Below the pieces are notes generated by a model that searched no databases, had not been told where the DNA came from, and saw only the letters and a list, made by a program, of their open reading frames with translations. Positions 51,755 to 61,861 of a stretch of 64,000 bases of DNA are shown here, piece after piece (position 1 is the stretch's first letter; every line of letters starts with the position of its first letter). Source of the stretch: Spirulina sp. (lineage in GTDB: Bacteria; Cyanobacteriota; Cyanobacteriia; Phormidesmidales; Phormidesmidaceae); assembly GCA_044070495.1 (NCBI GenBank), contig JBIPSI010000008.1, forward strand, positions 111,585 through 175,584, written 5' to 3'. The position numbers were made by a program, and so were the translations under genes.

Positions 51755-52687
51755 ATGGCTCTGACCTTTAGCGTCATTACGCCCTCCTACAATCAAGGTG
51801 CGTTCATTGAACGCACCATTCAAAGCGTTTTGGCCCAAACCGAGGTGACCTTTGACTACCTGGTGTGTGATGGGGGCAGTTCAGACCAAACCGTTGACAT
51901 CCTCAAGCAGTACAGCCAGCACCTGCGCTGGGTAAGCGAGGCCGATGCTGGTCAGGCGGATGCGGTCAATAAGGGCATTCGTCAAACCCAGGGCGACATC
52001 ATTGCTTGGCTCAACTCCGACGATATTTACTACCCCTCGGCCCTCCGGCGGGTGCAAGACATCTTTGAAACCTACCCAGAGGTGGAGGTGGTGTATGGCC
52101 ATGCGAACCACATTGACCGCGAGGATGGCTTTATTGAGGCCTATCCTACAGAACCCTGGGACTATGAACGCCTGAAGGAGGTCTGTTTTCTCTGTCAGCC
52201 AGCCACCTTTTTCCGCCGCCGCACCGTCGAGAAATGGGGTGCGTTGGATGCCAGTCTCAAGTTTTGTATGGACTATGAACTGTGGCTGCGATACGGTAAG
52301 TACGGTCGTTTTCTTTACCTGCCGGAGTTGCTGGCGGGCTCCCGCTTCTACCAAGACACCAAAACCCTAGGGCAGCGGGTGGCCGTACATTACGAAATTA
52401 ACGACATGATGTTGAAGCATTTTGCCTGCTCACCGGAAAAATGGGTTTTGGCCTATGCCTCGGTGTGGGTAGAAGACCGCGACAAAACCACCGGGCGCGA
52501 TCTTAGCCATCTGGGGGTGCAGGTGGAGCGCACCAACGAATTTTTCCTAAAGTCTGTGCGGGGCTATCAACGCTGGCGGCAATGGCGCATGTCTCCGGCA
52601 ACGGCCCAGAAGTTGCTGCGTTGGACGGTGGCGGCCTACTACCGATGGCTCAAAAGTCAATTGCCCCAGCGGAGGAGTCGCCCGTGA
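51755..52687 (+). CDS. GT2 glycosyltransferase
   Basis: SVITPSYNQ, DGGSSD, WLNSDD, MDYELWLR. Confidence 0.92.
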   Translation: MALTFSVITPSYNQGAFIERTIQSVLAQTEVTFDYLVCDGGSSDQTVDILKQYSQHLRWVSEADAGQADAVNKGIRQTQGDIIAWLNSDDIYYPSALRRVQDIFETYPEVEVVYGHANHIDREDGFIEAYPTEPWDYERLKEVCFLCQPATFFRRRTVEKWGALDASLKFCMDYELWLRYGKYGRFLYLPELLAGSRFYQDTKTLGQRVAVHYEINDMMLKHFACSPEKWVLAYASVWVEDRDKTTGRDLSHLGVQVERTNEFFLKSVRGYQRWRQWRMSPATAQKLLRWTVAAYYRWLKSQLPQRRSRP

Positions 52688-53847
52688 AAATTGGATTTGA
52701 TCTGAGCCAAACCGGGAGTCTGCGGGCGGGGTGTGGCTTCTATGCTGATACGCTGATGCGATCCTTGGTGGCCCATCATCCCACCGATGAGTTCTTGCTC
52801 TACAAAACCTTCGGCACCACCTACTGGGATCCCGATTACCAGGATCGCATTCAGATGCTGGAGGCCGATCACTGCCAGTACCTGGCCGAATTTGGTCAGC
52901 TTGCCGAAGCCAGGGCCTTTTGGGGCCATCCCAGCGGGGTAGATGAGGCCAAGATTGGATGCCCCGATATTGTCCATGCCAATAACTTCTCTAGCCCTCG
53001 GTTTGCCAGGGCGCGTCTGGTTTACACCGTGTACGATCTCAGCTTTATTGACCTACCCGAATGCACCACGGAGGCCAACCGACAGGTCTGTTTTAACGGC
53101 ATGTTAGAGGCGTCCCTGTGGGCGGATCTGGTGGTGGCGATCTCCAGCTACAGCCGTCAGCGCTTCCTGGAGGTGTTTCCCCACTTCCCGGCGGATCGGG
53201 CGGTGGTGGCCCACCTGGGCAATCGGCTGGCCGTCGATGGTGCCCTAGAGGCGGTGGCAGACCTCGATCAACGGCCCTTTCTGCTGGCGGTGGGCACCCT
53301 AGAACCTCGCAAAAACCTGCGGCGTTTGCTGAAGGCCTATCAACGCTACAGCCAAAGGATGGCCGATCCGAAGCCCCTCGCCCTCGCCGGTGGTAAGGGA
53401 TGGCTGGAGGGGGATTTGAAGGCCTACATCGAAGCACTGGGCATTCAGGATCACGTCTACGTGCTGGGCTATGTGAGCGATGCGGCCCTGCGCTGGCTCT
53501 ATCAGCACTGCTGGGCGTTCATTTATCCCTCCCGCTACGAAGGCTTTGGGTTGCCAGTGCTAGAGGCGATGTCGGCGGGGGCCGCTACCATTACCTCCCG
53601 CGTCACCAGTTTGCCTGAGGTGGGGGGCGAGGCAGCCCTCTATGTGGATCCCATGGATGAGGACAGCATTCTGGCCGCCCTGCTTAACCTAGAGGGGCAC
53701 GAGGACTATCGTCAGGATTTGCGGCGACAATGTCTAGCCCAGGCCCAGCGATTTTCCTGGGAGAACACGGCCCAGGCGGTCTATCAAGCCTATCAAACCG
53801 TGCTAGATCTGCCCCCCAGGCCTCGGCCTGCGGCGGTGCGAGCCTAG
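52684..53847 (+). CDS. GT4 glycosyltransferase (WbdB/MtfB-like)
   Basis: GTG start overlapping upstream stop; TVYDL, EPRKN, YEGFGLPVLEAM. Confidence 0.9.
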   Translation: MKIGFDLSQTGSLRAGCGFYADTLMRSLVAHHPTDEFLLYKTFGTTYWDPDYQDRIQMLEADHCQYLAEFGQLAEARAFWGHPSGVDEAKIGCPDIVHANNFSSPRFARARLVYTVYDLSFIDLPECTTEANRQVCFNGMLEASLWADLVVAISSYSRQRFLEVFPHFPADRAVVAHLGNRLAVDGALEAVADLDQRPFLLAVGTLEPRKNLRRLLKAYQRYSQRMADPKPLALAGGKGWLEGDLKAYIEALGIQDHVYVLGYVSDAALRWLYQHCWAFIYPSRYEGFGLPVLEAMSAGAATITSRVTSLPEVGGEAALYVDPMDEDSILAALLNLEGHEDYRQDLRRQCLAQAQRFSWENTAQAVYQAYQTVLDLPPRPRPAAVRA

Positions 53848-53862
53848 CTTGGGTGAGCCTAG

Positions 53863-55011
53863 ATGCGCGTTGTGGTGGAGGCGACCCCAATTTTACCCAA
53901 CCCTAGCGGGGTAGGGCTCTATGTGCTGAATCTGCTGGCGGCCCTGCACCGCCTCCAGGCCACTGAGGGGTTTGAGCTCTCCTTGGTCTACCAGCCCAGC
54001 CTAAAAAACTGGCTGCGGGGCAATTGGGCCGTACCAGACAACCTCGCCCACTACGACCGTCAAATTGTCTTACCCCTGCCCGTGCGTCTGTTGAACCTAC
54101 TGGCCGCGCTACCGGGGCAGCCGGGTCTAGCGCCCCTAGAGCGTCGCTTTCAGCGGCCTGATATCTACCACGGCACTAACTATGCGGTCTATCCCTGTCG
54201 GCACAGCCTGCGGGTGATGAATATCTACGACCTCACCTTCATCCGCTACCCCCAGTATGTAACGGCGGTGGTGCGCACCTACAATCAGCGGGTGCGGCAA
54301 TGCCTGGCCTGGACGGATCTGGTGGTGACCATTTCGGAAAGCTCAAAGCGCGACATTGTAGACTTTTTGGGAGTGCCGCCGGAGCGGGTTTGGGTGACCC
54401 CCCTAGCCAGTCGCTACGCCGAGGATACCGTTGGTCTAGATCAGCGGATACAGCGCCCGGCAGGGCTGGGGGACTGGCCCTACATTCTGTTCGTTAGCAC
54501 CCTAGAACCCCGTAAGAACGTGGTGCGGCTGATCCAAGCCTTCAACCAACTCAAGGCCACCCGCCGCCTCGATCACCACCTGGTGCTGATTGGACAGCGG
54601 GGCTGGCAGGTCGATCCCATTTTTGCCGAAATGGCCGCCTCACCCTGGCAGCACGATATCCACCACCTCAACTACCTGTCCGATGCGGAAGTGGCCTACT
54701 GCTATGCCCAGGCCGACGTCTTTGCCTATCCCTCCCTCTACGAGGGCTTTGGGCTGCCGGTACTAGAGGCCATGACCCTGGGCTGTCCAGTGGTAGCCGC
54801 CAACACCTCTTCCCTGCCAGAGGTGGCTGGAAACGCAGCCTTGCTGGTCGATCCGACCAGCGTTGATGATCTGGCCGCAGCCCTGGGCCAGGTGATTGAG
54901 GATCGATCCCTGCGGCAGTCCTTAGTGGCGCGAGGACACCAACAGGCCAGCCAATTTTCCTGGCAGCGCACGGCTCAGGCCACCCTAGCCGCCTACCGTT
55001 CCCTAGGCTAA
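53863..55011 (+). CDS. GT4 glycosyltransferase (WbdB/MtfB-like)
   Basis: SGVGLY, IYDL, EPRKN, YEGFGLPVLEAM. Confidence 0.9.
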   Translation: MRVVVEATPILPNPSGVGLYVLNLLAALHRLQATEGFELSLVYQPSLKNWLRGNWAVPDNLAHYDRQIVLPLPVRLLNLLAALPGQPGLAPLERRFQRPDIYHGTNYAVYPCRHSLRVMNIYDLTFIRYPQYVTAVVRTYNQRVRQCLAWTDLVVTISESSKRDIVDFLGVPPERVWVTPLASRYAEDTVGLDQRIQRPAGLGDWPYILFVSTLEPRKNVVRLIQAFNQLKATRRLDHHLVLIGQRGWQVDPIFAEMAASPWQHDIHHLNYLSDAEVAYCYAQADVFAYPSLYEGFGLPVLEAMTLGCPVVAANTSSLPEVAGNAALLVDPTSVDDLAAALGQVIEDRSLRQSLVARGHQQASQFSWQRTAQATLAAYRSLG

Positions 55012-55047
55012 CGACGGTTTGAGGGCCAGTATGACGGGCGGAAGCCG

Positions 55048-55860
55048 CTATTCGTCGGTGCGATAGCGCACGGTGACACGCCCCTCTCCCAGATCTAGGA
55101 TTTCGCCACCAAGGGCTTGGATGCGTTCTACGGCGATGCGTTGTACCTGCTCATCCACGGCGAGGTTGATCACCTGAATCCAGGCACTAATTTGGGCCGC
55201 CTTACTCGTGGGGTTTTCGACGAGAAAAGCGGCGGTTTGGCGAGAGGCCTGGGCCACGGCAGCGGCCTCTGGCTCATCGGATTGGTCGGCCCAGGCAGCG
55301 GCCATCTCAAAGGATTGACGGGCACCGTCGCCATCGCCCAAAAACAGTAGTTGATCAATGCCGAGGTAACGCCAGACGCGGTAGCCCCCCGGCGGTAGGG
55401 TGGCCGTCATAGACTTTAGCCCTCGCTGCATCATCGCTACAGCCCGTTCGGGCTGCCCCGCAAACATGGATGTACTGGTGGATAAAAAGATGTAGGGGGC
55501 AACAAAGCGAGGATCCCGATCAACAATCACCTCAAAAAATTCGGGACTGACGGTGTAGCCGACCTGGCGACGGGCATCAACATTGCCGAAATACTGCAAA
55601 AAGTTAAGGAACGTCCAGTTGGCAATCATATTGTCATAGCCAAAGCTGGGCATCCGGCGCAGCAGGGATAGGCGCAGACGATCCTGTTCCTCCTGAAGGC
55701 GCAATTGTTCTGGGCGCTGGGTTCCGGTGGCGACGGACTGAAGTTCCTGGAACCGCCGCCACTGCAAACCCGAAATGGCTGTACCCAGTAGAGCGGTAAG
55801 CCCCACTGTAATGAGGGCATAGCGGATCGGGCTGGATCGAGAAAAAGCCTGGGTTGCCAT
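55048..55860 (-). CDS. Hypothetical membrane-anchored protein
   Basis: N-terminal TM, PSFGYDNMIANWTFLNFLQYFG, helical remainder. Confidence 0.72.
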   Translation of the reverse strand: MATQAFSRSSPIRYALITVGLTALLGTAISGLQWRRFQELQSVATGTQRPEQLRLQEEQDRLRLSLLRRMPSFGYDNMIANWTFLNFLQYFGNVDARRQVGYTVSPEFFEVIVDRDPRFVAPYIFLSTSTSMFAGQPERAVAMMQRGLKSMTATLPPGGYRVWRYLGIDQLLFLGDGDGARQSFEMAAAWADQSDEPEAAAVAQASRQTAAFLVENPTSKAAQISAWIQVINLAVDEQVQRIAVERIQALGGEILDLGEGRVTVRYRTDE

Positions 55861-55961
55861 GGGTAAACCTAGGGGAAACCGGGGGCTAGTCATCGGCAGG
55901 GGTGATCGGGGCGGACATTCCGAACAGGTGGCCGATGCCCATCCCTCCGTGGCGGACAGGA

Positions 55962-56159
55962 TTAGTCGGCGTCGGCGTCATCGGCGTTGACCTTGGGAAT
56001 AAAGTCGGGCTTATCTTTGTTTTCCCAGCCGGGGGGGCGCTTGGAGTTGTACCAGGCAATGGATCCGATGCTGATGGCGGCGATGAAGCCCACAACATAG
56101 ACCAGCACAAAGGAGGATGGGAGACCGCTACTACCGGCCACGCCAAGGGAAAAAACCAT
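55962..56159 (-). CDS. psb35: Photosystem II assembly factor Psb35
   Basis: TM followed by GSIAWYNSKRPPGWE..PD..PKV signature; GGAG upstream of ATG 56159. Confidence 0.82.
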   Translation of the reverse strand: MVFSLGVAGSSGLPSSFVLVYVVGFIAAISIGSIAWYNSKRPPGWENKDKPDFIPKVNADDADAD

Positions 56160-56217
56160 GGTGACTTGCACTCCACACTAGAGGGATGGGCATACCAAAT
56201 TATAGAGGACAGACGGC

Positions 56218-58755
56218 CTAGCCTACCTTGGGAGTCAGGGCCGCCTTGGGGTAGGCGATGCGCTTGTGGTTATACTGCTGCCACACCTGCACAAAAATAT
56301 CGGCAATCACCGTCATGTGTTCGCGGGTGAGGCCCGACTCCACCAGTTGATTATCTTTCCAGCGGGCGCGGAGGATGCGGTTTACCATCGCCAGGGCCTC
56401 GTCGGGGGTGGCATCGGTGAGGGAACGCAGGGCCGCTTCGCAGGAATCCGCCAGCATGACAATGCCCGTTTCTGGCGATTGGGGTACGGGGCCATCGTAG
56501 CGGAAATCGGATTCCTTGACGGTGATGGAGGAATCCGCTTCGGCCATTTCCTGGGCCTGGTGATGGAAGTAGCTGATTAGCATGGTGCCCTGGTGTTCTG
56601 GAATGAAGGCTCGCAGCGCCTTGGGTAGACGGCATTTACGCGCCATCACCAGGCCCTCACTGACGTGGCGCTTGATAATCGTGGCACTGAGCCAGGGATC
56701 GTTGAGTTGGTCGTGTTTGTTGGGGCCACCCATCTGGTTTTCAATGAAGCCCAGGGGGTCGTGCATTTTGCCGATGTCGTGGTAGAGGGTGCCCGCCCGC
56801 ACCAGTTCCACATTGCAGCCCAGGGCGCGGGCCGCTGCCTCGGCTAGGCTAGCCACAAACAGGGTGTGCTGAAAGGTACCGGGGGCTTCCGAAGCCAGCC
56901 GCTTTAAAAGGGGACGGTTGGGGTTCGAGAGTTCGGCCAATCGGATGGGGGTGACCAGGTCAAACACATGCTCTAGATACGGGCTGATGCCCAGGGCCAC
57001 GATGCTGGAAAGGACGCCGTAGATACCCTGCATGGCGGATCCGGCCAAAATTCCAGACCAGGCCAACAGCAGCGACACCGGATTGACCATCACCGTCAGC
57101 AGCAGGTAGACCACGCCCTGGGTAAGCCCGACGCCACCGCCCAACAGGGCCAGTTCCTCGCGGGAACGCATCCGCCCCGCCAGCAAACTACAAACCATGG
57201 CCCCCGCCACCCCCGCCACCCAAGAAACCCCACTCACCGTGGATCCGACGGGCAACAGTAGCGCCAATATTCCGATCAGGGTTCCCCCCAGCCTTGGCCC
57301 ATAGAAACTGCCAGCCAACAGCCCAATGGCAGGCAAGCCATAGGCTGCAACGCCCAGGGTGTTGAGGATGCCCGTGCTCGTGACCATGGCGGTAATCAAC
57401 ACGTAGTCCTGCTGGCGGAGATGGTGCGGGCTCCAGCGCTCGACGAGTAAAAACACACCAATGCCGCCCCCAACTAGGCCACCAAACAGGGCCAGTCCCC
57501 AAATGTTAAAGCGACGCTGACTGAGGTTGAAATGATCCAGCAGCGCAAAGTGGCTTGGGGTAATGCTTTCCCCCGCCGCCACAATGATATCGCCCTGGCG
57601 AATATCGACAATGACCGGCTTCACGGCTTCAGCGGCCAGATCGGCCTTGAGGCGCGTTTGGTCAGAATCCTCAATCAGATTCGGCTGAAGCACCATTTGC
57701 AACAGTTGGCTGGCGATCTCCTCCCCCGGACGAGGCACCGTGCCCTTCAACTGCATTTGAGTGGCGCGATAGATCACCTCAGGGGACAGTCCAGGTGTGA
57801 TCCCTTGGGCCAGCATCCGCTCTGCGGCTCGCCGTACCCCAAGCTGGGTGCTCGTCCATTGTTCAGGGGTGAGATCTAGCGCCGTTGGCGAATAGGTTAT
57901 CCCCTCCACCTGACTAGAGAGCAGGGCCAAATTAGATTGGGCCTGCTGGTAGCTTTGGCGAGCTTGTTCCACTTGGTCAAGCAGGGCGTTGAACTCCTGC
58001 ACGGAGGATCGCTGGGAATAGTTCCAGAGTTCGCCCAAGGCCTTTTGCTGAAAGGGGGTCAGGGTTTGCCCCTGGGTTAAGCTGGCGAGGCTGAGGGTGC
58101 CTCCCTGGGCTGGGTCGGCATCAATTTCCCCTAGGGGTGAAACCAAGCTGCGCAACTTCAGCCAGGTGGCATCGTTGGATCGACGGAGATCGCCCTGAAC
58201 CTGGGTTGAGAGGACATTGGTGGGAACAAAGGGCAGCGGGCCAGCTTCCCGTCGCAGGGTAGATAGCTGGGCGATCAAATTATTCAGGGAACGTAGGGCG
58301 GCATCCGCGACCGTCGGGTCTACCGTAAGCACTCGGAGCGTTCCATTACGGGCGTCGCGACGCCGTTCCTCAGTGGTTTGTTTATCTTCCACCGACGCAT
58401 CGGCAGGGGCGATCACGGTCTCCGGAGCAACGCTGCCAACCTGCAAACCAGGCTGGTTGTAGAACCGTTGGCCGAGCACCGCTGTCAGCCCTAGGGTGGT
58501 GAGAAGAATCGCCAGACGGGGATGACGAATATGGCGATAGCGCTTCGTGGTACGGCAGGGCGAGGGCCGCCTGGATCCCTTAGGGCTATCCAAGCCAGAG
58601 ACTACAGAATTCCCCAGACCTTCGGCACCCAGGTTAGGTAAAACCCCTTGTGACCGGGAGCTCCAGAACGGCTTCGTCCGCAGTTGAGCTACGGCCTCAG
58701 GCGCTGTCGAGATCCAGTTCTCAATGGCGACGACAAGTTCCTTAAGCGCTCTCAT
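56218..58755 (-). CDS. 7TM-HD (HDIG) phosphohydrolase, PgpH-like
   Basis: Extracellular domain, multi-TM block, APGTFQH, YHDIGK, EHQGT, MLADSCEAA. Confidence 0.88.
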   Translation of the reverse strand: MRALKELVVAIENWISTAPEAVAQLRTKPFWSSRSQGVLPNLGAEGLGNSVVSGLDSPKGSRRPSPCRTTKRYRHIRHPRLAILLTTLGLTAVLGQRFYNQPGLQVGSVAPETVIAPADASVEDKQTTEERRRDARNGTLRVLTVDPTVADAALRSLNNLIAQLSTLRREAGPLPFVPTNVLSTQVQGDLRRSNDATWLKLRSLVSPLGEIDADPAQGGTLSLASLTQGQTLTPFQQKALGELWNYSQRSSVQEFNALLDQVEQARQSYQQAQSNLALLSSQVEGITYSPTALDLTPEQWTSTQLGVRRAAERMLAQGITPGLSPEVIYRATQMQLKGTVPRPGEEIASQLLQMVLQPNLIEDSDQTRLKADLAAEAVKPVIVDIRQGDIIVAAGESITPSHFALLDHFNLSQRRFNIWGLALFGGLVGGGIGVFLLVERWSPHHLRQQDYVLITAMVTSTGILNTLGVAAYGLPAIGLLAGSFYGPRLGGTLIGILALLLPVGSTVSGVSWVAGVAGAMVCSLLAGRMRSREELALLGGGVGLTQGVVYLLLTVMVNPVSLLLAWSGILAGSAMQGIYGVLSSIVALGISPYLEHVFDLVTPIRLAELSNPNRPLLKRLASEAPGTFQHTLFVASLAEAAARALGCNVELVRAGTLYHDIGKMHDPLGFIENQMGGPNKHDQLNDPWLSATIIKRHVSEGLVMARKCRLPKALRAFIPEHQGTMLISYFHHQAQEMAEADSSITVKESDFRYDGPVPQSPETGIVMLADSCEAALRSLTDATPDEALAMVNRILRARWKDNQLVESGLTREHMTVIADIFVQVWQQYNHKRIAYPKAALTPKVG

Positions 58756-58874
58756 AGGCTAGGTTGGCTAAGCAATTGGGCGCAGAAAACCAGCAGGACG
58801 ATGATATCTGGCCAGAGCCCGACTTTCCAGCAACGCCCTAGACCACCCCAGGATCTGTAGCCATTATAGGCCGT

Positions 58875-59657
58875 TCATCGATGGGCCGGAGGTGATCCAG
58901 CCCACCGTTGGTGGAGGGCGTCGGCCAAGGCGTCAAGGTCTGTGACCCCATATCCCCGCCAGCGTGGCCCTAGGGTAGGCTCTCTATGGTCTATGGAGCT
59001 ATCCATCATCTGTCCATCCATGATCAGATGTCCTATCGCCTGGAGGGGCATCCCCCCAGGGCCAGCCTGGATCGTCGCCCAGACCCCCACCAAGGCCAGG
59101 GCCGTTGCAGGCCAACCCCACCGCTGAGCTAGGGTTAGGGGGGCTATCCACTGCCCTGGCAGTGATGCTACCAAGGCCCAAAGATCCGCGACCTTGGGGA
59201 ACTCCTGCTCTGACGGTTCCCAGGGTCGGTTCTCCCACGATGACGGCCTGATTGCCTGCCCTTGGCCCAAACGTTGAAAATACCCATCGAGGGCCGCAAG
59301 GGTAGACGGCCCGAAGCCTAGGGTTGCGCCCCAGTCCTGGATGGTCAACCGGCGATGACCGTAGGGATTGGCATTGATTAGCAGGATGGGCGTAGCCAAG
59401 ATTAGCGTCACGAACGCTTGATCCTGGGTCGGTAGAGGATCCATCATCCCTAGGGCCGTCTGCCACGTCTCTGCCCCCACCGCTTTCCCGGCGGCACAGG
59501 CTTCGGCAATGGTGAGAAACGCCTCTGGCCACCGCCCTACGGCCCTGGAGCTAGCCCCCCCTATGCGCTGCGCCCAGCTATCTGCCATGGCCAGGCTGCG
59601 CACGATAGGTCGAAAGCCCAGAGGCCCTTGGTTCACAGTTCTTTCCTCCCCCGACAT
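58875..59657 (-). CDS. Hypothetical protein (possibly degenerate ADP-ribosylglycohydrolase-like)
   Basis: 260-aa ORF with C-terminal LADALHQRWAG; family call is weak. Confidence 0.55.
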   Translation of the reverse strand: MSGEERTVNQGPLGFRPIVRSLAMADSWAQRIGGASSRAVGRWPEAFLTIAEACAAGKAVGAETWQTALGMMDPLPTQDQAFVTLILATPILLINANPYGHRRLTIQDWGATLGFGPSTLAALDGYFQRLGQGQAIRPSSWENRPWEPSEQEFPKVADLWALVASLPGQWIAPLTLAQRWGWPATALALVGVWATIQAGPGGMPLQAIGHLIMDGQMMDSSIDHREPTLGPRWRGYGVTDLDALADALHQRWAGSPPAHR

Positions 59658-59845
59658 ATCCCTAGATCCCTCAACCTGTTCCCTCCATCGGTCTCCCTAC
59701 GCTATCACCCAGAGCCCGGAACGGGTTCCCCGATCAACCGAAGATGATCGGTCTATAATGGCTCTCGACAAACCCCCTAGGGTGCCTTGGTCTACCCCCT
59801 CGCGCCCGCCGATCTGCCCCGTTGCAGCCCCCTGGAGCCACCGTC

Positions 59846-60625
59846 ATGTTCTATCACCATCGTTTTTTTCGCCACCCTGTTACCCTGGGGTCTATACGCT
59901 GTCTTGGACTGGCTGCGCTGTTGACGATAGGCATGGATTTAGATAAGCACACCTGGGCACAGGAACCGACCCCTAATATCGAGAACAGCATTCCTGCAAA
60001 CCCCACAACCAGCGGCGGACGGATTGTGCGGCCCACCCTACGCCTAGGCAGTCAAGGGGAATCGGTGCGCGAACTTCAGTCGATGCTCGTTTTGCTGGGC
60101 TATTACGCAGGGCCAGTTTCCGGGGTGTATCAAGAAGATACCCAACTGGCCGTGCAGCGCTTCCAACAAGCCGCCGCCATCACCGCCGACGGCATTGTCG
60201 GCCCCGCCACCTGGAGCAAACTCCTACCCGCCCCCGCCGCAGAGATCACCCCTCCCGGCCAAACCGTCGCAACCAATCCACCCGCCACCAATCCACCCAC
60301 CGCTAATCCGGCCCCCGCCAACCCACCGGCCACCAACCCACCGGCCACCAACCCACCGGCTACGAATTCTCGACCTACCAGTCCCTCTACTACCACTGCA
60401 CCCCCAGACAGCACCTCCACTAGCCTGCCCATCCTGCGCCCCGGCATGGAAGGGGAAGCGGTGCGCTTTTTGCAGCAACGACTGACGGCCAAGCGGGTCT
60501 ATAGCGGCCCCATTAGCGGCATCTTTGGCCCCCAAACCGAGGCGGCGGTACGGCAGCTTCAGCGCGACAACAGCCTGACGGTAGACGGCATTGTTGGCCC
60601 CGCCACCTGGGGCGTCTTGAATTAG
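59846..60625 (+). CDS. Peptidoglycan-binding protein with two PG_binding_1 domains and an ATNPP repeat linker
   Basis: LRLGSQGESVRELQ..DGIVGPATW occurs twice; 15-bp repeats near 60268-60365. Confidence 0.88.
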   Translation: MFYHHRFFRHPVTLGSIRCLGLAALLTIGMDLDKHTWAQEPTPNIENSIPANPTTSGGRIVRPTLRLGSQGESVRELQSMLVLLGYYAGPVSGVYQEDTQLAVQRFQQAAAITADGIVGPATWSKLLPAPAAEITPPGQTVATNPPATNPPTANPAPANPPATNPPATNPPATNSRPTSPSTTTAPPDSTSTSLPILRPGMEGEAVRFLQQRLTAKRVYSGPISGIFGPQTEAAVRQLQRDNSLTVDGIVGPATWGVLN

Positions 60626-60902
60626 CTAAGGTTATCCCTAGGTCGGTACGATGGTTCAAAGGTAGAACTCATGGGATGGGCCACGCTGCGCTAATCCATC
60701 CTAGACAAGGCTTTGATGGGTTACGGCCAGGTCTAATGCAACCTGCCCAAGACGCCCTCAAGAGGTCGCCAACCCACCCATGGGCAAAGGGGATTGAAGA
60801 CGCAACCCATGTTCTGTTTAGCCGAGTTTTACCGCTCTATAGCCAAGCTAAACCAGGCCATTAAGCTTCTACCACTCGGCTTTAGCGTGTATTTCTTTAA
60901 AA

Positions 60903-60974
60903 CTCCCCAGGTAGGATTCGAACCTACGACCAATCGGTTAACAGCCGACCGCTCTACCACTGAGCTACTGAGGA
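60903..60974 (-). tRNA. trnN: tRNA-Asn (GTT)
   Basis: TCCTCAGTAGCTCAGTGGTAGAGCGGTCGGCTGTTAACCGATTGGTCGTAGGTTCGAATCCTACCTGGGGAG cloverleaf; CCA not encoded. Confidence 0.97.
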
Positions 60975-61058
60975 TTAAGTCGAAACTAATAGTAACGAGA
61001 AAAGCTGTCCTTTGACAACCCCTTTCCAGAAAAAATCTGTGCTACCTCAGATCCTCCT

Positions 61059-61087
61059 GTACGGGCGCACTGCTGTGCGCCCCAACC
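61059..61087. repeat. REP-like palindrome
   Basis: GTACGGGCGCACTGCTGTGCGCCCCAACC; partner at 16520-16548. Confidence 0.75.
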
Positions 61088-61115
61088 CTGGCCCCAATCC
61101 CCTGGATCCAATCCC

Positions 61116-61664
61116 CTAGCCCCAGTGGCCAAATCGCAGGCGCATCAGTTTTTCTTGGGCTTCTTGGTTCAGGCCACTCATCAACGAACGGTTGGCGGGC
61201 TGGGGGCGGCGGGGGCGGCGGCGCAGACTTTGCTGGTGAATTAGGTGAATATCGCTTTCGAGCTGGCGTGCCGACATCCATTCGGCCCCGTAGCCCGTCA
61301 CGGTGAGCTGATGGACGCGGTCTGAGGTGGCGACGATGACCCGATGGTTGCGGCGGGATTGGTGCATGAGCCTAGCGCAGACCTTTTCAATATAGGTATC
61401 GGCGGTTTGGCCAAAGTCGGTGTAGTGTACCGAGAGCCGATCGGTGATAACCTCTTGGACGCTGGGCGATTGCACCCCGTGGGCATCAAACACCAGGTGG
61501 GTATCTAACCCTTTGCGGGCACTGTAGTTGGCGAGGATTTCAATCAACTCACGGCGGGCCGCATCAAAGCCATCCTGCTGCTTTTTTTGCACCAACAGAG
61601 GCCATGCGCCGATCATGTTGTAACCATCCACTAATAGCTTGGCAATGCAATCGTTCCGCTCCAT
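61116..61664 (-). CDS. NYN-domain ribonuclease (YacP/Rae1 family)
   Basis: LLVDGYN, VFDA, TADTYIE, VATSD. Confidence 0.9.
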   Translation of the reverse strand: MERNDCIAKLLVDGYNMIGAWPLLVQKKQQDGFDAARRELIEILANYSARKGLDTHLVFDAHGVQSPSVQEVITDRLSVHYTDFGQTADTYIEKVCARLMHQSRRNHRVIVATSDRVHQLTVTGYGAEWMSARQLESDIHLIHQQSLRRRPRRPQPANRSLMSGLNQEAQEKLMRLRFGHWG

Positions 61665-61861
61665 GGCCCCATCCCCCCCGCCCCAAGGTTACATAACGAC
61701 ATAATCCCTTAATCTAATCTTACCGGGGATACCTAGCCTTTGGGGTGACCTAAAGTACAAGCCCTCACCCTCCTCTTAAATAGGTCAGATCACGTAGGGT
61801 ACATAACGCTAAGGCGAGACTAGGTCAACGCGAAGCCATGCACCACCGCGAAGCCATGTAC

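Noticed and set aside
60765..60801. CRISPR array
   Set aside because: Only one repeat-like unit, no repeat-spacer periodicity and no cas genes in the window.
60625..60902. Prophage or genomic island integrated at tRNA-Asn
   Set aside because: No integrase and no duplicated tRNA 3' end seen in the window.
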